64,000 nucleotides of DNA, taken from contig OZ250169.1 in NCBI GenBank assembly GCA_965237955.1, positions 5,504,001 to 5,568,000 of the forward strand. The letters are read 5' to 3'. Below, one piece after another: positions 40,833 through 51,329 of this stretch; position 1 is the stretch's first letter, and every line of letters begins with the position of its first letter. Made by a program: the position numbers and the translations under genes. Source of the stretch: Candidatus Marinacidobacterales bacterium. Its GTDB lineage: Bacteria > Acidobacteriota > Vicinamibacteria > Marinacidobacterales > SMYC01. The notes under the pieces are model-generated. The model saw only the letters and a program-made list of their open reading frames with translations. It ran no database searches and had not been told where the DNA came from.

Positions 40833-42399
40833 TCACGTCGGCACGAGTGTCGATACCATCTTCGGCCTCCAGCGGAGGCGAATCCACTGCAAGATATCGT
40901 AGGTGAGGGCGACCCACAGAGATTCAGTGCGCACTTTGGCGACTCCGCGCACGCTAAACTGCCGCAGGCCGAACTTGGTTTTGATCCAGAGATTCGGAAA
41001 CTCGGCCACCTGCGAGCGTGTCTTATAGATGGCCTTGGCTTCGTCGGTCTGCATCTTCTTCCGGAACGCGGCTATGTCGGGCAAGAGTTCGCGCCGCTCG
41101 ATCGAGCGGCCGTGCTGCGTACGAGGACAACACTGCTCTTTGGCCGGACACGTCTGGCAGTCTTGCTTAGACGCCTTATATCGATAGCGCATCGTGCCAT
41201 GGCTTTCCTGCTTGGCGTCGTAGCGTAAGTGCTTGCCCTGCGGGCACACATACGTGTTGGTCTGCGTATCGAAGACAAACTTCGACGCCTCGTATTCCGC
41301 TTTCACGCCGTGGTGCTTATACGACTTGCGCCGATTGGCCTCTGCTGCCTTGTTCTCGTGGTCGGGGCCGACGAGATCGATGCCGCGCTTCGCCATCTCC
41401 GCGATGTTGTTGCTACTAATGTAGCCTCCATCTACGACCATCTGCTCGGGCCGCACGCTGCATGCTCTGCTCAATCCGTTCTATGGCCGGCGTCAGCTGC
41501 TGATAATCGCTACCGGCCTGCGTGGCATCGATGTCGACAATCAGGCCGTGTGCGGCATCCGTTGAGACTTGGACGTTGTAGTTAGGTGCGGAGCCGCCCT
41601 CGGCTTGCTTCATCACCCGCGCGTCGGGATCGGTCGTGCTCACGCGGTCTATGCGGCTTTTCGCGGCTTTCAGCTTGTCATACTCCTTCAACGCTGATTC
41701 TAGACGATCCTGTCTCTCTCGCCTGGCGCGTTGCTGCGCTGCCTGCATCTGCCGGCTCGATTCCTCCTCCGTCTGGGCGTTGAGAGTCTCTACCGCCTCA
41801 CGCGCCTGCTCCAGACACTCTTCGACCGTCGGCTTGCGGCGAAATCCACTCGACGAAGCGTTCGCGCGCACCTTCGTCCCATCCAGCATGACTCGCTCGA
41901 GCGTGATCAATCCGTCCGAACTCAGAACTCCCAGAGCTTGCACAAACAACTCGTCCAGGATCTCCCTATGAATCATCCGAAAGTCCGACAGCGTGTGCGC
42001 ACTGATGCTCTGCATTCCGCTGAGCCATTGATACGCCGGATGATGTTCGCACAGCCGCTCAACCGCGCGGGCCGAACTCACGGCTTGGCTGTAGCTGTAG
42101 ACCCACAGGCTCACCAGTAGCTGAGGATCAAACGCAGGCCGGCCTGCGCCACCCGCGACCGAGCGGACTTGATCCGTGTACCCGCTGAGATCCAGCCGAC
42201 CCACGAACTCCCAGATCGCACGCGCTGGGTGATCCTCTGGGATCAAACGCTCCACGTCGACCGTCCGCAGCAGCAGCTGCGCCCTATCGACCACCTTCAA
42301 CCGAGCTTGTGTCACGCGCGCTCCCTCATCGCCGTCATCACCATCGCTGCGTTTTCGCGGACTCGGAAAGCCTGGAAGTGACGTTTGCTTATCACCCAC
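40833..42399 (-). pseudogene. IS1182 transposase (frameshift near 41450)
   Basis: 'LIPEDHPAR', 'GRPAFDP', 'LDGTKVRANAS', 'STTDPDARVMK', 'YNVQ', 'VDGGY', 'YVCPQG', 'RSQVAEFP'. Confidence 0.9.
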
Positions 42400-42595
42400 G
42401 TTTACCCCGCTTCCTCCCACGCTTTGCCTTAGGCGTCCGACGCACAATCAGTGTGTTTCGATCCTCCACCACCCACTCCAGCTCCTCGCCCGGCTCCATC
42501 TCTAGCGCCTGGGCTAAAGGTGACGGGCAAATCACATAGAACTGACGGGTGTCGTTGGCTCGCTTGATCACCTGCAGCTTTGTCACGTATCCCAT
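42392..42595 (-). CDS. AbrB/MazE/SpoVT-like small DNA-binding protein inside IS1182
   Basis: MGYVTKLQVIKRANDTRQFYVICPSPLAQALEMEPGEELEWVVED swapped-hairpin pattern with basic tail; overlaps the transposase GTG. Confidence 0.72.
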   Translation of the reverse strand: MGYVTKLQVIKRANDTRQFYVICPSPLAQALEMEPGEELEWVVEDRNTLIVRRTPKAKRGRKRGKRG

Positions 42596-45500
42596 GCTGG
42601 TCACTCTATAACATAGCTGCACCGCTAGTCAAGCTTAATTTTTTCTCACGTCCACCGTCGGGACCGAGGCGCGACAAGAACACTTTTTGCGTCGGGAACG
42701 GCGCGAGAACGCCGCGAGAGAGCTCGTCGGCGTGGCGCTCGAAATTGCCCGCTTCATCGGCGTCGTCCGCGACGAGTACCACCGAAGAAACTCCCGAAAA
42801 CTCGGTTCCTTCGTACTCGAGAATTTTCTGCACCATCACCCGTACGTCCTTGACCGTCGCCGCGGGCAGCCGACCGATGGCGACATCCGGCAAGAGATCG
42901 TCGCCGTTCACGGCCGCGTAGGCGGGATCCGACGCCGTCCACAGGTAGCTCGTGCGCACCATGACCGGCGGCACGTGATTGACCGTTCCCGTCCTCAGAT
43001 GGTCTTCGAAATCGTAGGTTCCATCTCCGAGAAGCACGACATAGCGATACGAATGTTTCTTCCATTCGTGATAGGCATAGCGTAGAAACTCTTGGATAGC
43101 TTCCGGTCTAGCCTCGCCGCCGAACGCTTGGTAGATATCCTCGGTCGCAACCGATTGCACTTTCAGCCCCTGCCTGCGCCGGTGCTCCACCAGCGGTCGT
43201 GCCGCATGTACAAAAGAGCGTGGTCCAACCAGAATCCAGTCGGCTCGCTTTCTTCTCAGGAGCCTCGAGCGGTCCACGCGCGAGACGTCGGGCGCGTGCG
43301 TTTTCTGGGTCACGATATAGCGGTGTCCTTCTTCGAGGCTGAATCCGGTGACCCAGCGCGGCGCCCCCTCGGTCGTATCGACGACCCACGAGGCCTCGAC
43401 GACAGCGGACTCGTGCCACATCCCATGAGTCTGCCCCTCGCTAGGAAGGCGCCGGTAGTCCACTTCGAATGCATCCAGCATCACGAGCGAGTAGGTAGCT
43501 TCGGTGTCTCCGACGTTCTCGACCTCGAAAACGTTCTCTCCTTCACGTAGCGTCCCCGTTGGCAGCTCGCCGTCGAGCCGGATCTCGTCTTTGCCGTCCC
43601 AGCGTCCCTCGGTCACGAAGATTCCGTTGACCGCAACGCGTACGTGGTGGTCCTCATCGGTCTCGAAGTCGCTCGTGCCTTGCAGCCAAACGCGTAGATA
43701 CGCAGGTCCCGGCGCGAGCCCCGCAACGTCGAACGTGTACTGCCTCGTCGCCGGTGCAAACAACGCGTCCCACAGCCACGGGTCGTCGCGGGCGACGAGC
43801 CCGGCCTGGTAGAGCAAGCTTTCCTCGCGCCGCTCGGTATGCCACACCGCCTCGGTTGATGGCCCCGCCGCACCCGACTCGAGGATCGACATCACCGTTC
43901 CTCGAACCCCGGATTCGAGCTCATAGATAGCACCCTCGCCCTCGCCCACGAAGAACAGCGTGCGGCCTTCGACGTGGAAGGGGACGTTCTCGCCGTGACG
44001 GCTCAAGCGAAGTTGTCTGGAGCGTGTGCGAAGCGGGTACGCGTAGAGCCCCGCCTCCGGTGTCGTCAGACGCCAAATCCTTTTGACCCGACGCGTTTTC
44101 GCCTGCCGCGCCGGCTTCTTGAACGCAAGACGCACGTAGAGCCGCGTGGCCATCGACAGCTCGTTGCCGTTCCAGTAAAACGGCGAGAGCTCCACGAGAG
44201 CTTTCTTCTGCTCTCCCTGAATCGCGACGTCCACGAGCTCGGCGTGTGTCGTCGAAGCTTCGATGCGTTTTCGTTCCCTCTGGCGAAGCCGCACGCCCCC
44301 ATCCGCGGTGGCGACCAGCTCGGCAACGGTAGCACCAGGTCGCAGGCTCGAGAACGCGCGCACGTCCCGCGTCCACACGCGTTTCAAGACGACGTCCCGA
44401 CCTTCGGTCGCGTCGACCCACGCGCGGTTCACCGGAAGCCCGTCCGCCTCGTCGAAGCCCGGGACGCTCAGCCTCACCCGAGCCGTCGTCGAGCGGCTCC
44501 GCGAAGAATCCCGACGTCTTCAGCTCGATCACGACGTAGTTGGCAGTGCGCTTCACGATGCGCAGGGCGTTCTCTTCGGGTGTGCCATAGGCAATCTGCG
44601 TTCTCGCTTGTTGCTCGGATTCGTCCGAGGCGTCGCCAAGCGTTACGGCGATGGGGCCGTGACGCTCGGTGCCGCCCGTCGTCCCGATGTCTTCGAGCTC
44701 GTAGTAGTACATCTTTCCTGTCGCCACACCCTCGTTGACGTAGCGATACGATGCGCCTACGGGTGAGGTCCCGAGCCCCGGTACCGGTTGCGCCGTCAAA
44801 CGCTCGAAGGGTCCTTCCGCGGACGTCGACCGATAGAGGTGGAAGCCCAGGTTGTCGAGCTCCGACGCCGTCTCCCATTCGACCACGACCCGGTCACCCT
44901 CGCGCACCGCGATGAACGAGACGAGCTCCACCGCGGTCGTCACTGCGAGATCGTCGGCGCCGATGTCCCAGAGGGTCTGGCGCAGCCCATCGTCGATGTC
45001 GTTGGTGAGAAACGCGCTCAAATCGACCCCGCTGTTCACGGCGTCGCTGCCGGTACGGATGTGGAAGTCGTTCGCGAGCGGGGCTTGGAACAAGGCGAAC
45101 GCCGTCTGAAGCGTATCAATACCGCCGCCGGCCGGACTGTGGGGGATTCCGGTCCCGTCGCCCGCCAGGTTGTTGCTGCTCGCTCCGGTGATCGTAGGCC
45201 CACCGCCGGGATCGAAATCGAAGTCGGCGACTGCGTTGTTGTACGCGATGTTGTTTTGAAGTGTCACCATCGGATACGGCCCCGTGCCGTCCCGCCCACT
45301 GATACCACGACCATTGTTGAAGGTTGTGTTGTTGAAAATATCGCCCTGCGTCACCGCCTGGCCGAAATGGATGCCGTCACCCGCGTTGTAGACGATGTTG
45401 TTGCACAGCTCGATGACTTGCGACGCATCCCTGATGCGAACGGCCTCATTGAGCTGGCCGTGAATGAGGTTGTTTCTCACCACCTGTTTATTCGTCGCAC

Positions 45501-47485
45501 CGATGAAGTCGAACACGATCCCACGACTTCCGTCGTCGATCTCTAGCCACTCGATCGTCACAAAATCGACTCTCGCGTTGATGGCCGTCACGCCCGGGAC
45601 GTTGATGACAGCTCCGTTGCCCGGAATCCCGTAGTGCCGGTTGCCGTCGTCAGCCGTGAGAGTGATGACATGGCTCGCGTCGGTGATGGGTCCATCCAGG
45701 TTGAAACCCGCGGTGAACACACCGTCGTCGTAGACGATCCCGACTTCGCTCCGGTCGTCGGCGACGAGGCTCGGGCTCGCCGGAGGAAAGAAGTTGCAGA
45801 AGGCGCCATTCGCCTCAATGCAGTTCTCCCAGTCGGACAACGCCGATGCAAGCCCGGTGAACTGGCGTGAGATCGTATACCCACCCGCATAGTTGCCGCC
45901 GCTCACGGGAGCCGTCAGCGTGAGCTGGGTGTTCGTATCGACCGAGAGGATCGTGTAATCGCTTGCGTTGATCTGGATGCGGTCGCCTCTTCCACGGTTG
46001 TTCACCCGCCATGCGGTGCCGATGCCGTAGACGACGGGCCAGCCGTCGGTCGCCACGATCGTGCCTGCCACGTAGTCGGCGGCGTTGCCGATGGACCGAT
46101 AAATCGTGTTCGATGGATTGAACTCGTCGGCCCCGATATCCCAGATTCCTGAGCTTCTCGACTCACCGTCGACGTCACAGCAAAAAGATCGTGTCCCGGC
46201 GTTGTCGATCGCTTCGGAACCAGATATCAAATGAAAGTTTCTCGCCGCGGTGCTGACGAACTGGAGGGCGGACGACCTGCCGGGAAAGCCCACGGCGGTC
46301 GCGTCGGACGACATGTTGTTGATCTGGGTCGTGACGTCCTTGAAGTCGTCACCGGTATTGTCCATCGCGATCGTGTTGATGACGGTGTAGGTGCCTATGT
46401 CCTCTTTCACGCCGCCGTCGACGGTCATGTTGTAGACGGTGCAATTCTCGATGAGAGCCGTCGTGCCTTCGTCGTGGACTGCCTCGAGGCTGTCGTAGAA
46501 GATGCTGTTGCGCAGCGTGAAGTTTGAGCCGCCCTCCGCTTTGATCCCAAAGTCAGCGTCATGGATGAGAAGGCGGTCGAGAACGACGTTGGTAACGCCG
46601 GGACTCAGCAGGATGGCCCGCTCCAACGTATGGTCTTCGAGCTCGAAACCCTCGATACGGGTAAAGTCCTCGAGAACGTTGATTCCGTTGGTCCCGCCCA
46701 AGCCATCGAGTAGGACGCCCGTGCCCGCGAGGCCTTTGTGTCCGTGGCCTTTGGCGACTGCGAGGTGCATGTAGTTGGTGGCGTTCGACGACAGCGTGTC
46801 GATGGTGACGACTCCGGTGAACGCCGGGCCGTCGTCGTACGCGACGCCGACCTCGGTGCGGTTCTCTAAGACCAAATCGCCATCGCGCGCACTCTCCCAG
46901 GCTTGGAGACCCGTGGCACCCGTGTACGCACGTCGGATCTCGTAGCTCTCCCCCGGGTGGCCTGCGGCTGCGGTTCCGTGGATGGTCACGAGATCGGGTC
47001 CGTTCACGGCGAGGATGTAGAAGATTTCCTGATTGCCGCCACCGGGATCCAAAGGTGAGCTGGTCGCCGACCCCGATCACGTCGACTGGCAGGTTCGGTG
47101 TCGTCAACGTGACCTGGGTTCCCCCAGCGCCGATCGTCGCCTCGCCAGCGCCGCCGGCATGCAGGATCCCGGCGTTCGTTCCGATGGAACGGTAGTTCGT
47201 TCCACTCTACGTCGGGCACGGGCACGTCTGTGCGGCGGCGTCGCGCCCCACGAGGAAACACACCGCCAGCAACAGTCCGGGTGGGAGGCGTCGGCTTTTC
47301 ATAATGTTCCGGGAAAATTAATGCAAGTCGCATGCTCAAAAACAAAAGCCTAAATCTCTGTGACAAAGAGACTTAGCGGAATTGGTTTTGGAAGGCCGCG
47401 GTGAAAACCCTACGGGCATGGGGATTATCCGACGACGTTTCTGAAATTCGTCTCTCACCCCAGCCGGATGCAGACTCGCCGGGCT

Positions 47486-47721
47486 ATGACGTATCTCAGA
47501 CTTTGCCTCGTTTTGATGCTGGTGGTCGCTGGCTGAGTGGCCAATCCGGTCCCGAGCCGGCCGACCTAGTGCTGCTCTACGGCAAAATCGTCACCGTCGA
47601 TGACGATAGGCCCGAGGCGCAGGCGCTCGCCGCAAAAGACGGCGTGATCCTCGCCGTCGGGAGCGACGCCGAGATCGAGCCCTACATCGGTGACGACACC
47701 CGCGTTCTCGACATCGAAGGG
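47486..47721 (+). pseudogene. N-terminal fragment of an amidohydrolase_3 (YtcJ-like) lipoprotein
   Basis: Signal peptide broken at the lipobox, then 'PADLVLLYGKIVTVDD..PEAQALA..DG.ILAVGS...TRVLDIEG', cut at the repeat boundary. Confidence 0.72.
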
Positions 47722-48348
47722 ATGAATAGGAACTTTGACCAAAACACCGTGCGTGTTGGAGCGAGATTGCGGGCTCGCGAGTGATGTGGGTGGGAAACGT
47801 AGGGATTGGAAGAGGGAATCGGACACTGGAAGGCTCGATGGCTATCGGGCGGTAGTTGGGCACAGAGGGTGCCCGGAAGCTGACGCGTAGAGTAGCGAAA
47901 ACGAAATACGGTTCAATCTCGCTTTGGCTCGAAACGTACCTGCAAGCCTCCGCTCGAGACGCGCGGGAGGTTCCTCAGGAAGAGAAACCACAGGAGCGAG
48001 TTCGCCAGCATCTCCAACGTTTCTTCGGCGGATCGCGAAAAGTGCTGGAGCGTGTCGTAGCCTGAGCGAGCAAAGCGTGCCTGAGCCCTTGCGTCGAAGT
48101 TGGTGTTCTCTGAGATATACGTGTGCACGTTGGAGCATGGTCAGGCTCGAGACCTTCGAAGAAGTCCAGCACCACGGCGAGCGCGAGACAACCGATGGCG
48201 CTCACGAGCACGAGGCGCGATGAGCGGGTATCGAGCTCCTTCCACAGGAAGACGAGCATGAACAGACCGAACGCGCCGAAAAACGGTAAGAACAGAACTT
48301 GCCACGTATAGCTCGGAAAAGAGGCCAGGAGAGCCGACGAGTCTTCTT
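47722..48348. repeat. Copy 1 of a ~627-bp direct repeat (3' half of a membrane protein gene plus downstream DNA)
   Basis: About 97% identical to 50260-50887 by manual comparison, with a 1-nt indel near 48130. Confidence 0.95.
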
Positions 48349-48349
48349 C

Positions 48350-48759
48350 CGGAGGAGGTGGCGAGGTCCCGTTCGTGACGACCTTCACGGGTCAGGGGTT
48401 CCGCGTCCTTCCACACGTGCAGGCGTCCCCTCTTCTTCGTCTTCCGGACGATTCCTTCCTACTGCTCCCGACGCGAGCGTACGATTTCGACGAGAGCGCT
48501 CCACGAATTCCAAGGGATCGGGCTTCTTCAAGGTGTCTTGATCGAGCACTGGGCTGGACGGGTCGCTGTCTTCGGCGAAGCTGCGGCCTTTTCCGCCCAG
48601 ATCCAGGAACGGGAAGCAGGCCCGTACCCTTTCGGCATGAATAACCCTGCCTCTCCGCACAACGCTCGGTTTCTACTGAACGTTATGGGTTGGCTATCGG
48701 ACGGAGAACACCTCCGGGTCGACGGCGACCGCGGCGTGGTGGCGCGAGTCGGTCGGTAA
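48350..48759 (+). pseudogene. C-terminal fragment of a DUF4350-like (GATase-like) protein
   Basis: 'TFTGQGFR...PLLRLP' then, after a frameshift, '[15 protein letters not shown]...[22 protein letters not shown]'. Confidence 0.62.
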
Positions 48760-49149
48760 CTGCTCTCGACTTCTCCTGATCGTCGTGGAGAAGAGTAGAC
48801 ATCGCTTGAACCTCGTAATGTACCGAAACTCGCCCGAACGACAACTCCATTATTATTATAGAAGCCCTGTCGGGGCCTGAAAGCACGAACGCCGCGATCA
48901 GGACCTATCGGTCTCCGCCAGATACGAGCCATCGAAGTCCAGAGCCGGCTGGAATGGATGCGACTTCCAAACCACCGCGAGAGGCAGAGCTTGCGTCGGA
49001 TCGAGCGGGGCAATACGATTGGCGTGGCGGTCGACCGAATTTCACCTCGGCGTCATCGACGCTCCGGCACCCGTGGTGTTCGAACTGATCGAGACAGAAA
49101 CCGCGCTGCCCTCTCCGCTTCACTGCAGCCGCCAAGAACAAGGAGGAAA

Positions 49150-49815
49150 ATGATGCTCAGGCTAAGAAAGCTTGCAGTGCTCTTGGTCATCCTCTTGGGC
49201 GTGTCTTGCTCGGGCGCGGAACAAGAGGTCGTTAATTCGTTCTTGACTGCCATACAAAGCGGAGACGAAGCTGCCGCGAAAGCCGCCTCACTGGTAGAGT
49301 TTCCGGGAGAGGTCGTATCCTGGGAGATCGTCGAGCTCGGCCCGGCGTCGACTGAGCCTTTCGCGCTCCCGGAGCTCTACGACAAGAGGTCCGAGGTCTC
49401 GCGTGAGCGCAGGCGCGTGAGCGACAAGAACACGTACTTCGTGCAAGATCGCCGAAGCGCCTTCGAAGAGTACGAGGCCAAGCGTAAGGACGATCCGGAG
49501 TACGAGTTTACGGGAGAGCTGGCGGAATTCCAGAAGCAATGGGAAGAGAGGCTGAGCAAGCAGGAGGAGGGCGACCGCGTTGCGATCGATTTGGATAAAG
49601 AGATCAGTCACCTGCGATCGGCCGCCGGCCTGTCGGTGAGTGTCACCGTCAATGAGAACTACGGGGGCGAAGTCTCAGCGAGGGAGCTGACGCTCAGGGT
49701 CAACGACGGGTCGACCGAAAAGACCCATACGTTCACGCTTCAAAAGTTTAATATCGTCGACACGGAAACAAACCTCAGCCCCATCGGGCGCTGGGTCATC
49801 ACCGATATCAGTTGA
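49150..49815 (+). CDS. Hypothetical lipoprotein with coiled-coil insert
   Basis: AGGAGG RBS; MMLRLRKLAVLLVILLGVSC lipobox; charged helical middle. Confidence 0.75.
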   Translation: MMLRLRKLAVLLVILLGVSCSGAEQEVVNSFLTAIQSGDEAAAKAASLVEFPGEVVSWEIVELGPASTEPFALPELYDKRSEVSRERRRVSDKNTYFVQDRRSAFEEYEAKRKDDPEYEFTGELAEFQKQWEERLSKQEEGDRVAIDLDKEISHLRSAAGLSVSVTVNENYGGEVSARELTLRVNDGSTEKTHTFTLQKFNIVDTETNLSPIGRWVITDIS

Positions 49816-49986
49816 TATTCGTCGCAGCACGAATGCGTGTGGCAGCGGGCTATACCCCGGGACTGCTTCACGGTAGCTGATGTCGCACGGACATTCCCGT
49901 GGCCACGAGCTTGCCATCCTCCTCTCGGATGCCTCCCTCCGGCATCGGAGGGCTGTCGTGATCTCTGAAGAACAAGGGCAGCCCCT

Positions 49987-50259
49987 TGGGCGGCGTGAAC
50001 CGGAACTGACCGTTGCTCTCGAGCCCTTCCTACTGCGAATAGAGGTCGAGGCTCAGACTTCGTGCCCATGACTCCGTCTCGAGCAGACGCTTGCGCTTTG
50101 CAATGGCGACGGCGAAACCCGGCACGCCCTCGATGCACTTGTTGGCAGACGACACCAGATAATCGATACCGGTGGCCTCGAAGTCGATCGGGACGGCACC
50201 GAAGCTTGACATCGCATCCACGAACGAGCACCGTCCGTGTTTGCGAACGACGGCGCCGA
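49987..50259 (-). pseudogene. phnW: Internal fragment of 2-aminoethylphosphonate-pyruvate transaminase
   Basis: 'VDAMSSFGAVP...SSANKCIEGVPGF...RSLSLDLYSQ*EGLESNGQFRFTPP'; TAG at the conserved Trp position. Confidence 0.78.
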
Positions 50260-50887
50260 ATGAATGGGAACTTTGACCAAAACACCGTGCGTGTTGGAGC
50301 GAGATTGCGGGCTCGCGAGTGATGTGGGTGGGAAACGTAGGGATTGGAAGAGGGAATCGGACACTGGCAGGCCCGATGGCTATCGGGCGGTAGTTGGGCG
50401 AAGAGGGTGCCCGGAAGCTGACGCGTAGAGTAGCGAAAACGAAATACGGTTCAATCTCGCTTTGGCTCGAAACGTACCTGCAAGCCTCCGCTCGAGACGC
50501 GCGGGAGGTTCCTCAGGAAGAGAAACCACAGGAGCGAGTTCGCCAGCATCTCCAATGTTTCTTCGGCGGATCGCGAAAAGTGCTGGAGCGTGTCGTAGCC
50601 CGGGCGAGCAAAGCGTGCCTGAGCCCTTGCGTCGAAGTTGGTGTTCTCTGAGATATATGTGTGCACGGTGAGAGCATGGTCAGGCTCGAGGCCTTCGAAG
50701 AAATCCAGCACCACGGCGAGCGCTAGACAACCGATGGCGCTCACGAGCACGAGGCGGGATGAACGGGTATCGAGCTCCTTCCACAGGAAGACGAGCATGA
50801 ATAGACCGAATGCACCGAAAAACGGTAAGAACAGAACTTGCCACGTATAGCTCGGAAAAGAGGCCAGGAGAGGCGACGAGTCTTCTT
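50260..50887. repeat. Copy 2 of the ~627-bp direct repeat
   Basis: Matches 47722-48348; this copy overlaps the intact gene. Confidence 0.95.
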
Positions 50888-51329
50888 TCAGTGTCTCGAC
50901 GGTGGTTCCGAGACGCTCGTGGAGCTCGGCGCCATCGTCGATGGCCATGTAGGTGAAGAATAGGGCCAAGGCGAGCCATGCTGCTTTCCACCACCGGGGC
51001 TTGGGCTGAGGCCTCGCGATGATGTAGGTGAACCACAGGGTGAGCGCTGCCAGGAGCGTTTGCGTCGTTCCCAACCACGAGGCCAGCCCGTCCTCTCGCG
51101 CCGTGTTGAAAAGCCGTCTTATGGCGCCGATGTTCGTCGCTCTTCCGTAGTTGACGTGGTAGTCGAGGAGAAAGAGCGCGAGCTCGGCGAGAACGCAGAC
51201 CAGGAGCACGCGGCGGGCCACACGCTCGGCATCCAACGACAGGATGACGGCGTGCGGCCTATCGGGCGTTGCCTCTTTATCAGCTGGAGGAGCTGTCGTC
51301 TGAGGAGTTGTCATCGGAGGAGTCGTCAT
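50451..51329 (-). CDS. Multi-pass membrane protein of unknown function
   Basis: About 6 TM helices with 'REDGLASW', 'MAIDDGAELHE', 'EETLEM' acidic motifs; start uncertain. Confidence 0.75.
   Translation of the reverse strand: MTTPPMTTPQTTAPPADKEATPDRPHAVILSLDAERVARRVLLVCVLAELALFLLDYHVNYGRATNIGAIRRLFNTAREDGLASWLGTTQTLLAALTLWFTYIIARPQPKPRWWKAAWLALALFFTYMAIDDGAELHERLGTTVETLKEDSSPLLASFPSYTWQVLFLPFFGAFGLFMLVFLWKELDTRSSRLVLVSAIGCLALAVVLDFFEGLEPDHALTVHTYISENTNFDARAQARFARPGYDTLQHFSRSAEETLEMLANSLLWFLFLRNLPRVSSGGLQVRFEPKRD

Larger units (their letters stand above)
40662..42653 (-). mobile_element. IS1182-family insertion sequence, 1992 bp, with passenger gene
   Basis: Perfect 16-bp IR GGACGTGAGAAAAAAT at 40662 and ATTTTTTCTCACGTCC ending 42653; ACC duplicated on both flanks. 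Confidence 0.92.
40200..47302 (-). pseudogene. ~1700-aa secreted protein: two beta-helix passenger modules + Ig-like domain + C25 (gingipain/PorU-like) cysteine peptidase; split by IS1182, two 1-nt frameshifts and a TAG
   Basis: Signal peptide from ATG 47302; TAG 47207-47209; frameshifts near 47053 and 44478; 'YVVLLGDGTYD', 'PDVAIGRLP', catalytic 'SYMGHG' and 'MNCLNG', 'YHLFGDPAL'. Removing the IS restores 'LGPDGVRSEVRAALD' in frame. Confidence 0.88.

Noticed and set aside
41416-41474. Programmed frameshift in the IS1182 transposase
   Set aside because: No slippery heptamer at the shift, and the family normally uses a single ORF; a 1-nt insertion explains it.
3773-50032. Amber (TAG) recoding or pyrrolysine, suggested by in-frame TAGs in Uma2 (3773), the C25 gene (47207) and phnW (50030)
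   Set aside because: TAG is the normal stop of many intact genes here (724, 12950, 19738, 21068, 23005, 34276, 39822). Two of the three genes are broken in other ways too, and the phnW TAG is a simple TGG-to-TAG change.
47722-50887. Diversity-generating retroelement template/variable repeat pair
   Set aside because: Mismatches are not adenine-specific and are mostly synonymous, the repeat is much longer than a typical TR/VR, and no reverse transcriptase is present.
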